Positions 38,890-48,030 are shown, counted from the first letter of the stretch. The stretch: 64,000 nt of DNA from Candidatus Woesebacteria bacterium (GCA_963716475.1 OY970314.1:564790-628789), one strand, 5' to 3'. A program made the numbers and translations. Notes: generated by a model from the letters alone, not told the origin.

Positions 38890-39824
38890 ATAATTTGGCC
38901 CGCCCTTAATATTAATATTACAGCTAAAATCATACCGAAATATGCCAGATGTGCCAGGGTTCTTCCGCCAATTCTTGCAATTCTGCGTCTTCGGACAACG
39001 ATAAGGTCAATCGATAAAACCAGAATCAATATTCCCGTCACCAAAAGCGAGATGTTTTTGGTCGACCTGAATGGCGACACAAAGGTAACCGAGGATGCAG
39101 GTGTACTTTGTTTGTAGGCAACTGCTTCAGCGGGTGTAGGAGTCGGTGTTGGTGATGGTGTCGGAATAGGAGCCGAGGTCGGTTTTATAATTGCAGGTTT
39201 AACAGTTGAGGGCGGAACTTCTTTTGCCTGAGCTACAGGAATAGAAGGCTCACCGGCAAGGGGTGCCCCAAAAAACTGAACTATCACGGTCGTATCGGCC
39301 CCTGCAAGGTTTCCCTCAACTACTCCAATTCCAATCTCACGGTAATTAGGATTTAAAATATTTTCTTTATGTGACGGGGAATTCATCCAAGCATTCATGG
39401 CAGAGGAAGCATCCGGAAAATCTCTGGCCAAATTCTCCCCCGCATATTTATATTTATATCCAAAGCTAAGAAAAAAACTCCATGGAGAAGTTCCGTCGGG
39501 TGCAAAATGAGCCCAATAACCTTTTGCAAGCATATCGTTCCCCTTGGCAAGTGCGGCTGCATCCAGTGATGAATTTTCTGTCAGTGCGCTAAGTCCGTTT
39601 GCCGCTCTCTGAACATTGGTTAATCTTATTACTTCGGTAGGTGAGATATTCGCCGCATATCCTAAAACCTTAGGAAAAGCTTTGTGCACAACCCCCAACG
39701 CTAACTGAAAAGTGACAAGACCAATGATAATAAGGAGTAGACTGCTTGAATGCAAAAGCTTCGCCTTTTGGTTGTTACTTTCGTGTGGAATAAATAAATG
39801 TCTTAAGGTTTCAAAAAACTGCAT
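38886..39824 (-). CDS. CAP (SCP/YkwD) domain membrane protein with PT-rich linker
   Basis: LTN..R...GL..L, AA..K..DM...YWAH, YAGENLA, WMNSPSH..NIL..Y.EIG.G; PTPSPTPTPTP; C-terminal TMs. Confidence 0.9.
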   Translation of the reverse strand: MQFFETLRHLFIPHESNNQKAKLLHSSSLLLIIIGLVTFQLALGVVHKAFPKVLGYAANISPTEVIRLTNVQRAANGLSALTENSSLDAAALAKGNDMLAKGYWAHFAPDGTSPWSFFLSFGYKYKYAGENLARDFPDASSAMNAWMNSPSHKENILNPNYREIGIGVVEGNLAGADTTVIVQFFGAPLAGEPSIPVAQAKEVPPSTVKPAIIKPTSAPIPTPSPTPTPTPAEAVAYKQSTPASSVTFVSPFRSTKNISLLVTGILILVLSIDLIVVRRRRIARIGGRTLAHLAYFGMILAVILILRAGQII

Positions 39825-40816
39825 TAATTCATATTAGCATATCCGTTGGGGTGATTTTTGTGCCAGAGATAGGCAGTGTCAACAATTTCTTTTAACCCGT
39901 ATTTCGGCTGCCATCCAAAGTCTTTTTTAATGCTTTCAATTGAAGCATAAAGTGCGTCTGCATCCCCCGCACGCCGCCCACTATATTTAATTTTGAGGTT
40001 CATCCCCGTAACCTGCCTTACCATTTCTATTACTTCCTTATTCGAAAACCCTTTACCCATTCCGACGTTATAGAAATTACTCTCTGCCTTACCAAGCAGT
40101 TTCTGCATCGCAATCGAATGCGTTTCCACCAAATCCAAAACATGAATATAGTCCCTGATATTGGTTCCGTCCGGCGTTTTATAATCATTGCCGAAAATTT
40201 CAATTTCTTCACCCTTGAGAGCTTTCTTAACAATATTGGGAATTAAATGGCTTTCTTCAGGATGATCTTCACCAATAGTTCCATCAAGTGCCGCACCCGC
40301 CGCATTAAAATATCTGATCCCCATAAACTTTATTCCGTAAGCCGCGTCGTAATCCTCGAGCATTCTTTCCATTATGTATTTAGTTTCACCGTAAGGGTTA
40401 AGAGGATTTTTCGGATCACTCTCTACAATCGGAAGTTTAACCGGATTTCCATACACCCCGGCTGTACTGGAAATAATAATATTATTTGTACCAGATTTTT
40501 TCATTGAATCCAGTAAGTTCATAAATCCGAAAACATTATTCCGGTAATATTTGGCCGGGTTGGTATATGATTCACCCATTTGAATAAAACTGGCCATATG
40601 TATGACCCCGTCAAACCTCTCCGAGGCAAGGAATGCGTCCAACTTTTCTTTTTCTGTAACCAAATCCATCACTTCAAGTCTAAAACCGGTAACGGCCATG
40701 TCGTGCCCTTGAGAAAGATTATCTAAAATTACCGGGTCAAATCCTTTAGACCGGAGTTCACGGACCATGAAGCTGCCTATATAACCTGCTCCTCCCGTAA
40801 CCAAAATCTTTTTCAT
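39824..40816 (-). CDS. galE: UDP-glucose 4-epimerase
   Basis: TGGAGYIGS, GES..NP.KYY.NN, SSTA.VYG, NPYGETK, RYFNAAGA, RDYIHV.DL, RRAGD. Confidence 0.95.
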   Translation of the reverse strand: MKKILVTGGAGYIGSFMVRELRSKGFDPVILDNLSQGHDMAVTGFRLEVMDLVTEKEKLDAFLASERFDGVIHMASFIQMGESYTNPAKYYRNNVFGFMNLLDSMKKSGTNNIIISSTAGVYGNPVKLPIVESDPKNPLNPYGETKYIMERMLEDYDAAYGIKFMGIRYFNAAGAALDGTIGEDHPEESHLIPNIVKKALKGEEIEIFGNDYKTPDGTNIRDYIHVLDLVETHSIAMQKLLGKAESNFYNVGMGKGFSNKEVIEMVRQVTGMNLKIKYSGRRAGDADALYASIESIKKDFGWQPKYGLKEIVDTAYLWHKNHPNGYANMN

Positions 40817-40846
40817 TTATCTAATTTTTAATTTGATAAGCTTCGC

Positions 40847-41269
40847 TTAAGTTATTCCGAATTGTAGCAAAAAAGTCTGAAACTTTTTGGGAAGCCTGGG
40901 TAAAAATCTGTAAATTAAGTAAATAACCACTCCCGCTCCAATTCCGTCTATAAAAACGTCCCTTACCCTGGCTTCCCTGCCTTGGGTAAACATTTGATGA
41001 AATTCGTCGGTTGCTCCATAGAAGAATGCCGAAATTACCGCCCATATTCCAGCTTTTTGGCGGCTGAGTCCCTGTCCGACTAATGCACGGTAAATCAGAA
41101 CCGCAAGTGCCCCAAAAAGAAGAAAGTGTCCTATTTTTTTAACTGCAAAGTCCTGCCAATAAATTTGTGAGGCAATCGGAATTGTCCCTGAGGAAAATTT
41201 ATATATAAGACCGGCCCACAAAAGCACCGGAAGCCACAGGTTAAGAGATTTGATTATTTTTACCTTCAC
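40847..41269 (-). CDS. VanZ family membrane protein
   Basis: KKIGH...FG.L, YGATDEFHQ.F..GR.A...DV.ID..G; GTG 41269 lies 7 nt after TATAAT (41277-41282). Confidence 0.88.
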   Translation of the reverse strand: MKVKIIKSLNLWLPVLLWAGLIYKFSSGTIPIASQIYWQDFAVKKIGHFLLFGALAVLIYRALVGQGLSRQKAGIWAVISAFFYGATDEFHQMFTQGREARVRDVFIDGIGAGVVIYLIYRFLPRLPKKFQTFLLQFGIT

Positions 41270-42353
41270 TCTCAGTATTATAGCTTTTTTTGGCACTCTT
41301 AATAATACTGAAAACCGAAAAACCTATCAGTCCCGTGCCTAAAATGACCAACCCGACGGCTGCCAACGGAAATTTTACCTTTGGATTTTCGGTCAGATTT
41401 TGGGCAGGCTCTGGTGCCTGCGGACTTGAAACAGTCACACCCTCACCTAAAACGGTGGACTCCGTTATATTAATTGGGGTTGAGCTTGGGGTTTGGGTAG
41501 CAACAGGGGTCGTCGACCGGGTTGGGGTTGGAGCGGGAGTTTTGGGTGGAATCGGACTAGGAGAGGGAGTCGGGGAAATAGTAACCTGTTTATTTAAAAC
41601 CGGGTTCACTTCCATATTCATCCCGTTCAGAAGATCCCTCGTATCTTCCCAACTTGTATAATTATCTTTTCTTAGACTGATAATGTGTATGCCGAAGTCA
41701 CAACTTATCCCCAAATAGCATTCATTCCCCGGATAAAATTCCAAGATTTCATCATCCTCGTGGTGAATATAATGCCCGTCGACATAAATTTGAACACTGG
41801 TTAACTCCGAACCTGCACCATCTTCGGGTTTATTAATTTTGTATATTGCCTTGGACGGTGTTTGCGTCGGATTGGGAGAAGGAGTCGGGGTAGGTTTAAA
41901 ATTACCGGAGCCTATTGTCCATGTTAAATTCATCTGCCAAACGTCTGAGGCGCCAGGAATTCTTCCCGTACTTTTATCCGCATCCGGTGTGCCGACAGCG
42001 TCACCGCTATGACCATAGATCACTGAATTTATAAGATCATCCGAAGCATCTTTTAAATTAATGGCATCTCCGCCGGAATTATTTAGCCACCCCTGAAGTC
42101 TTTCAAATACAAAGAATCCGTTTCCCGGAATTACTCCCGATAAGTTTTCTATATGATTTGCTTCATCTACAAGTTTCCATCCCGTTAAATTAATGTCAGT
42201 TGGTCCGACATTATAAAGTTCCACCCACTCGGGATTACTATTGGAGCTAAATTCATTTATTACAACCTGGGCACGGACGGTTCGGGTAGTAAACAAGAAC
42301 ATTATCAATCCAAATATTACTGCCGTAATATTTTCCCCAACGATTCGATTCAT
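41241..42353 (-). CDS. surface protein: lamin-tail domain + PT linker + PEGA-like domain + PT linker + C-terminal TM
   Basis: signal peptide; VVINEF...EWVELYN....LTGWKL (LTD); VQIYVDG...G.H.I.L.K..Y..W (PEGA-like); TM plus basic tail. Confidence 0.8.
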   Translation of the reverse strand: MNRIVGENITAVIFGLIMFLFTTRTVRAQVVINEFSSNSNPEWVELYNVGPTDINLTGWKLVDEANHIENLSGVIPGNGFFVFERLQGWLNNSGGDAINLKDASDDLINSVIYGHSGDAVGTPDADKSTGRIPGASDVWQMNLTWTIGSGNFKPTPTPSPNPTQTPSKAIYKINKPEDGAGSELTSVQIYVDGHYIHHEDDEILEFYPGNECYLGISCDFGIHIISLRKDNYTSWEDTRDLLNGMNMEVNPVLNKQVTISPTPSPSPIPPKTPAPTPTRSTTPVATQTPSSTPINITESTVLGEGVTVSSPQAPEPAQNLTENPKVKFPLAAVGLVILGTGLIGFSVFSIIKSAKKSYNTESEGKNNQIS

Positions 42354-42453
42354 CGAAGTAATACAGATTTAACATATACATCATATCATAAATATAAAGA
42401 TTAGAAATATAGAAACTATAAAATTATTCCGTTAATATCTTTCCCTTTTCTTA

Positions 42454-43647
42454 TTAATTGAAGCTTGCGGTAAAAACCATTTTGATATTATTAACGGAAT
42501 ACTTGTCCCCAAAATTTTTGTCTCCCCCATTCTCCAAGAAGGGGTCATTCATCACATAATTACCACCGCTGCCGCTTTTCAGGACTATATAGTGATCAGG
42601 GCCCGAGTAAAGACCGACTATCACGGGACCTATTGATAACTTCTGGTCAAGCTCCGAGGTAGATACGGAATTTAAGTTTACATTTATGCCATTCACACTA
42701 AATTGCCAATATAAAAGAGCTGTATCGGAATTCGGACTAAAAAAAGCGCTTGGAGTATTGGCAATATCGACGGGCTTAAGATTTTTCCCCGCGTGGGTTG
42801 CCATCATTGCCACGGAAGTGACCAAACAACCATAGTCCGCCATGGTCAGATGACTTGAACCCAGGTAACCATTTCCCCACTCCCCGTCTCTTTGGTTATA
42901 GTAATATCCCCAGGAACCCTGTTGAACCGTTTGATTTTGCAAAATCGAAGCGCCGCCCTGAGAGTTAACGAAAGAGAGAAATGAGTTTCTCTGGGCAATA
43001 GCCTGAGCCAATAACGACTGGTATTTAACCTCATCGTTTTTTGTGGCGATAAGAAGATTATTTTTAGCCACTTTTTGAGTATTTAAATTTGTCTGCTGTG
43101 TTTGCAGCTGTTTTTGCAAAGTTTCCTGATCTGCTTTTTGACCCTGATAGCTCGTTTGCGCGGTTTGTAATTTATCTAGCAGGCTCCTGTCTTCCTCTTG
43201 GATTTTTTGAAGATAATGAAGCCTGGAAACCGCGTCCGTCAGATCAGTTGCGGAAAGAATAAAAGTAAAATTATTCTCAAATCTTGAAAGTTTGTAGGTT
43301 TCGACAGCTCTTGATGAAAAAGCGGCGGTCAAGGAAGTTAGTGAATCTCCAAGTTGGACGATTCTTCCACCCAAAAGTGCAATTTGATCTTGAGTCTGGG
43401 AAATCTTGAGAGTGGTTAATTTTATTTGGGCATTAAACTGGGCAATTTGATTTGAAAGAGTCCCTGCTTGCTTTTGAAGAACGGTTATTTGTTTACTGCA
43501 TTCATCCGCAACCTGCTGACAGCTTGCGCTATCATTACAGCTATCCGTACAAGATACGGCAAGAATTCTCCCGTGTGTTATCAGCAGAAAATAAATTCCG
43601 GTTAAGAGGATTATGAAAAGTAAACATTTCTTTCCATTTATTTTCAT
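42454..43647 (-). CDS. PcsB/CwlO-like coiled-coil protein with C-terminal C39-like cysteine peptidase
   Basis: signal peptide; Gln-rich coiled coil (TLSNQI.., R...YK, ILSA....D..SR..YL); YYNQRD..W, GCLVTSVAM, HYIV, DP; directly after ftsX. Confidence 0.8.
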   Translation of the reverse strand: MKINGKKCLLFIILLTGIYFLLITHGRILAVSCTDSCNDSASCQQVADECSKQITVLQKQAGTLSNQIAQFNAQIKLTTLKISQTQDQIALLGGRIVQLGDSLTSLTAAFSSRAVETYKLSRFENNFTFILSATDLTDAVSRLHYLQKIQEEDRSLLDKLQTAQTSYQGQKADQETLQKQLQTQQTNLNTQKVAKNNLLIATKNDEVKYQSLLAQAIAQRNSFLSFVNSQGGASILQNQTVQQGSWGYYYNQRDGEWGNGYLGSSHLTMADYGCLVTSVAMMATHAGKNLKPVDIANTPSAFFSPNSDTALLYWQFSVNGINVNLNSVSTSELDQKLSIGPVIVGLYSGPDHYIVLKSGSGGNYVMNDPFLENGGDKNFGDKYSVNNIKMVFTASFN

Positions 43648-44558
43648 CTCGCTTTTTTAACTCTCGAGATTGCGATCAAACTCCCTGAAAGGGCAAGTAT
43701 CGCACCGGTAGCAATTTCAATAGTGAATATTATTCCAAACAGCTCAAAAATTCCCAGCGCGTCCCGGGGCAGGATCGGAATTTCTCCAAAATAGGCAACA
43801 ACCGTAGGAGCCAGGTATAAAACCGCAATAAACGAAATTGCCCATCCTAATATCACACCAAAAAGCGTATACATAAAAGCTTCGATGATTATCGGGCTTC
43901 TGATAAATCCTTTGGTTGCTCCGATTAAATTAAGAATTTCCACTTCCTCTCTCCTACCGACTACCCGCATGCTGGTTATTACAAGAAGAACAACCAGGGA
44001 TGTTGCGACCAGGAGACCCACAAACACAATTCCACCTATTCTTACGTAAGTAGTAATAGTTTTTAACCTCGCAACAACATCGTTTAAGCTGGTCTCGCCA
44101 CCGAGAGCCGCCGTAAAACCGACCGAATCAACAATAGTTTCACCTTTGACTTTATCGATAATACTTTGGGCAAAAGACAGATCAGTTACCGAAAACTCAA
44201 GCGATGCCGGAAAAATTGACGGGCTCACGAGTTGCCCCAGAAGGGGGTTATCGCTTGTCGCTTTTTTATAAATCGACAGGGCTTCCTCTTTACTCACGTA
44301 TTTAATGTCTTTTATATGCGTATCCGCGGAAAGATTGTGCTGTAAATTGGCAATATCGGTATCCGTCGCGTCGGACTTTAAAAATGCAATTACCTGAGGT
44401 CTGGTCTCAAAATAAGTAATCAGTTGTGACGAAGAATAGACCAAAACCGACACTATGGTTATAACAAAAAATGTAAGCGTAAGAACAAAAGAGGCGGCAA
44501 TCGCCTGAAACGGAGAACGCCTGATGTAATCCCAGGCAGTTTTAAAATGAATGTTCAT
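43644..44558 (-). CDS. ftsX: cell division permease FtsX
   Basis: 4-TM layout, YVSKEEAL, P.SLE, RREEVEIL.LIGAT..FIRSP..IE; follows ftsE. Confidence 0.9.
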   Translation of the reverse strand: MNIHFKTAWDYIRRSPFQAIAASFVLTLTFFVITIVSVLVYSSSQLITYFETRPQVIAFLKSDATDTDIANLQHNLSADTHIKDIKYVSKEEALSIYKKATSDNPLLGQLVSPSIFPASLEFSVTDLSFAQSIIDKVKGETIVDSVGFTAALGGETSLNDVVARLKTITTYVRIGGIVFVGLLVATSLVVLLVITSMRVVGRREEVEILNLIGATKGFIRSPIIIEAFMYTLFGVILGWAISFIAVLYLAPTVVAYFGEIPILPRDALGIFELFGIIFTIEIATGAILALSGSLIAISRVKKAR

Positions 44559-45229
44559 TTACTTTTAATTGTACCACCGACAATATTTATAACTCTTTTT
44601 TTATATTTCTTGACGATTTCCAGATTATGAGTTGCCATAATAATGGTTTTGCCCTCCTTATTTATTTTTTCAAATAGGTCCATGAGATTGTCTGAAGTTT
44701 CCCAATCAAGATTTCCGGTAGGCTCATCCGCCAAAAGAATTTTAGGATTAACTGCCAAAGCCCTGGCCAGAGAAACTCTTTGGAGTTCGCCTCCGGACAA
44801 TTGCGACGGGAAAAGATTTGTCTGCCTGGAAAGTCCTGCAAGCTTTAATACATGTTCCACTCTTACGTCCCACTCAGCTTCCGGAAGCCCTATTACGGCG
44901 AGAGCAACCGCTACATTTTCGGCAACTGTGCGTTCAGGGAGAACTTTGAAGTCCTGAAAAACTGTTCCGATTTTTTGGCGGTATCGGGGCAGATCCTTGC
45001 TATCCACCTTTGAAATGTTAAATCCGTCAACCGTTACTTCTCCTGTATCGGCAGTAACCTCCCCCAGTATCAATTTCAAAATCGTGGTTTTTCCGGCACC
45101 GGAAGGACCGGTAATAAATATAAATTCGCCATTTTTTACATCAAAAGTAACATCGCTCAAAGCAATCAGAGAACCAAATCTTTTGGTGACACCTTCAAAA
45201 TGAACTATTCCGGTTTCTTCCTTTGGCAT
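44555..45229 (-). CDS. ftsE: cell division ATP-binding protein FtsE
   Basis: GPSGAGKTT, VFQDFKVL, LSGGELQRV, LLADEPTGNLD, MATH. Confidence 0.92.
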   Translation of the reverse strand: MPKEETGIVHFEGVTKRFGSLIALSDVTFDVKNGEFIFITGPSGAGKTTILKLILGEVTADTGEVTVDGFNISKVDSKDLPRYRQKIGTVFQDFKVLPERTVAENVAVALAVIGLPEAEWDVRVEHVLKLAGLSRQTNLFPSQLSGGELQRVSLARALAVNPKILLADEPTGNLDWETSDNLMDLFEKINKEGKTIIMATHNLEIVKKYKKRVINIVGGTIKSK

Positions 45230-45287
45230 GTGTTTTGAGACAGTAACAGAGTAGCAAGTGAAAACAAAGAAAGCCAGTGTTAAACCG

Positions 45288-45719
45288 TTATGGTGTCACT
45301 TGAACTTTGGCTACGTCCATCAGCCAGCCAACCTTTTTTGAAGCTAGGGTTTGACCCCAGATTTGTACCTTTCTGTCAATAAAATTAGTCAGATCTACCA
45401 CGCTCGAGGTCAAATAAACATACTTGGAGGCTCCCCCGTCACGAACCAGATGAAAAGTCCCCTCTCCGTTAAGCCCGCCCGTTTGTATAACCCCCGTCGC
45501 GGTGTCATATGTAACTTTAGGGTCCAGTGCACCTGCTTCATTTGAGGTCGCTTTAGTTCCCGGCGCAGCCGTTGAAGTTCCTTTCGTCATACGTCCGGAG
45601 ATTATCCAGGCGGTTCCAACACCCACTAAGATCACCAAAAAGGCTCCAACCAGATATGGCCAAACTTTTTTAATTCCGCCTTTTGGAAAAGCACTAACGA
45701 CCGTATTCTGAGGTTCCAT
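45288..45719 (-). CDS. single-TM hypothetical protein with beta-rich extracytoplasmic domain
   Basis: ATG 45719 after TGtTATATT and AGGA; TM, S/T/A-rich linker, GEGTFHL..YLTSSVVDL..V.IWG..WLMDV. Confidence 0.72.
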   Translation of the reverse strand: MEPQNTVVSAFPKGGIKKVWPYLVGAFLVILVGVGTAWIISGRMTKGTSTAAPGTKATSNEAGALDPKVTYDTATGVIQTGGLNGEGTFHLVRDGGASKYVYLTSSVVDLTNFIDRKVQIWGQTLASKKVGWLMDVAKVQVTP

Positions 45720-45769
45720 ATTCCTACCACAATATAACACTAAAAAAAGCAAAAACGCAAATCAGGTAA

Positions 45770-46819
45770 CTAAAGCTTGAGTTCCGCGTCAACAAACTCG
45801 TCAATTTCCCCGTCAAGCACAGCTTCTGTATTTCCGGTTTCAATATCGGTGCGAAGATCTTTAACCATTTTGTAAGGGTGAAGAACATAGCTCCTGATCT
45901 GGGTTCCCCATGAGGCCGGACGGTAGTCCCCCTTAAGCTCTTTTTTTACCCCCTTTGCGACTTCCTGCTGCATCAGCCAAAGTTTACCGCGAAGTAGCTC
46001 CAGAGCGATTTTCCTGTTTTGTTCCTGAAAACGCTCCGTAGAAGCGGTAATAACTATACCCGTTGGGACATGAGTAAGCCGTACTGCCGTAGCAACCTTG
46101 TTTACATTTTGACCACCGTGCCCTCCGGCGTGGATAAACTGCCAATCAAGGTCTTCATCTTTAATTTTAACGTCTTTAAGATCAACGTCCGCAAGTTCCG
46201 GTATAACTTCAACCAAAGCAAAAGAGGTTTGTCTGAGCTTATCCGCATTAAACGGAGATTGCCTGACAAGTCTGTGTGTACCGGCCTCACCCTTGAGGTA
46301 GCCGTAGGCATAATGCCCCGTAACCTTGAAGGTAATGCTCTTCACCCCGGCCTCTTCCCCCGCTGTATAATCCAGTGTCTCCGTAGGCCACCCCTTACGC
46401 TCACAGAAGCGTAGGTACATACGATACAGCATGTTAGACCAATCCATAGCTTCCGTGCCTCCCTGACCCGCGTGTACCGAAACTAGGGCATTTTTAGCAT
46501 CGTATTCACCGGAAAGATAGGATATTAGCTCCAAGCGTGAGAGTGTCTTTTCGGCTTTCCTTACCTCAGCCTCATCCTGCACCTCTTTTAGAATTTCCAT
46601 CGTCTCCGAAAGCTCGGTTATTTCCCCTACTTCCTTCTTAAGATCCGAAAGCTCCTGGTTAACGGCTCTGGCATTAGTTGGGTCACTCCAAAGATTCGGT
46701 TCGGCAGCTTTAGCCTCAAGGTCTTCTATTTTTTTCTTTTTATCACCAAGTTTAATCACCCCGATAAGTTTATCGAGCCGCGCCGATTGTTCATCAATTT
46801 TTTGTTTGAGATCCTGCAT
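45770..46819 (-). CDS. prfB: peptide chain release factor 2 (continuous ORF, no +1 frameshift)
   Basis: GQGGTEAMDW, E.GTHRLVR.SPF, TSFA, GGQNVNK, WGTQIRSYV..PY..VKD.RT. Confidence 0.95.
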   Translation of the reverse strand: MQDLKQKIDEQSARLDKLIGVIKLGDKKKKIEDLEAKAAEPNLWSDPTNARAVNQELSDLKKEVGEITELSETMEILKEVQDEAEVRKAEKTLSRLELISYLSGEYDAKNALVSVHAGQGGTEAMDWSNMLYRMYLRFCERKGWPTETLDYTAGEEAGVKSITFKVTGHYAYGYLKGEAGTHRLVRQSPFNADKLRQTSFALVEVIPELADVDLKDVKIKDEDLDWQFIHAGGHGGQNVNKVATAVRLTHVPTGIVITASTERFQEQNRKIALELLRGKLWLMQQEVAKGVKKELKGDYRPASWGTQIRSYVLHPYKMVKDLRTDIETGNTEAVLDGEIDEFVDAELKL

Positions 46820-46857
46820 ACCTAGAAGTATAACCCAAGTTTGGTGAACTTGAAAAA

Positions 46858-47319
46858 CTACGGCTGGCAGAAGATTGTTTTAACTTTTTTGATATCGGTA
46901 GGGTTTAGGCTTTGAAGGAGTTCGACCGCTCCGGCCACGGTGGCATTTTCCCTGGCAAGTGACGGGGGAACCTGGTCCTTTATTCCCAAAACCTGAATTA
47001 GCTTATTTCTTCCCGCATCAAGGGCTAGTGAAATCGGGGCCGGGGCATTTTTCCAACCAAGAACACTTGTCAACGCAGTTCTGCCCCCGATTATCAAAAA
47101 TCCTTCGAGAATAAGTGCCAGTAAAAATCCGAAGAAGATTCCGAAAACGGCACCTTTAACCGACCAGTCTACAAAATGCCGACGGAATTGGGCCATAAGT
47201 AAAATGAGGATAAAAACTAAAAAAACTATCAACGCCGCCTGCGCGTAAGCTACCGAAAACGAAAGATTCCCTATATTAATATCAAACTTTCCGAAAAGCA
47301 TCCGAAAGATGTTGCCCAT
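46858..47319 (-). CDS. hypothetical membrane protein
   Basis: 153 aa, 2 TM; TGcTATGAT 8 nt upstream of ATG. Confidence 0.7.
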   Translation of the reverse strand: MGNIFRMLFGKFDINIGNLSFSVAYAQAALIVFLVFILILLMAQFRRHFVDWSVKGAVFGIFFGFLLALILEGFLIIGGRTALTSVLGWKNAPAPISLALDAGRNKLIQVLGIKDQVPPSLARENATVAGAVELLQSLNPTDIKKVKTIFCQP

Positions 47320-47346
47320 GATAATTTATCATAGCACAGGGAAGAA

Positions 47347-48003
47347 TTATTGCGGAGTTCCTGTTGGGGCAGGAGTTAGAGTTGGGGTGGGTGTCGCGGA
47401 AGGCTTAGCGGTTGCACCTTTTCTTAATCCTGTTGTGATTACAATATCATACGTGGTAGATGCAGAAGTGGTTGTTGTAACACTTTGATAAAGAGAGTTA
47501 AGTTTAGCTGTAATTTCCGTCACAACAGAACCTGAAAGGGTACCGGCAAAACTGACTTGAGTGGCGGTTAAATTCTGTTGCGTAGAATTGCCTACAGCAA
47601 TATTTGTGTAACCCAAATCTTTTAGCTGAGTCTGAAGGTAGGCTGCTTCACCGTTTATACCTGTTCCGTTTTGCACCTGAATTTTTACCTTTGTTTTATC
47701 AACCGTCACGGGAGCGGTACTTGGTGCCGGTGTAGAAACAGTTGAGTTCTGAGTGGGGGCGTTCAGATTCTCAAAAGGAGTCGGTTCATTCAATGTCTCC
47801 TGATTTTTATTGCTGGCACTTTTATAAATAACAAAACCCAGAATTCCGACTAAAATTAAAACTCCGACGATCAGAAGTGTTTTTGCCCCGCCCGATTTCT
47901 TGGGTCCGCCAACTGTGGGAAAGGAAACCCCGCTCTGGGTAGCGGGAGTGGATTCCTGAGGTGCTTCTTGTTTTTGACTTTCCGTATTTTGACTTTCTTC
48001 CAT
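47347..48003 (-). CDS. stand-alone LytR C-terminal domain protein, single TM, T/P-rich
   Basis: IQVQNGTGINGEAA.....L...GY....VGN, DIVITTG; no LCP catalytic domain. Confidence 0.82.
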   Translation of the reverse strand: MEESQNTESQKQEAPQESTPATQSGVSFPTVGGPKKSGGAKTLLIVGVLILVGILGFVIYKSASNKNQETLNEPTPFENLNAPTQNSTVSTPAPSTAPVTVDKTKVKIQVQNGTGINGEAAYLQTQLKDLGYTNIAVGNSTQQNLTATQVSFAGTLSGSVVTEITAKLNSLYQSVTTTTSASTTYDIVITTGLRKGATAKPSATPTPTLTPAPTGTPQ

Positions 48004-48030
48004 ATAGGTGCCGCAGTATAAACGGATCAG

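Noticed and set aside
39125-41580. Short repeats such as GGAGTCGG and GGTGTTGG as a CRISPR or tandem array
   Set aside because: They are degenerate Pro-Thr/Ser codon runs inside CDSs, with no constant repeat-spacer period and no cas genes
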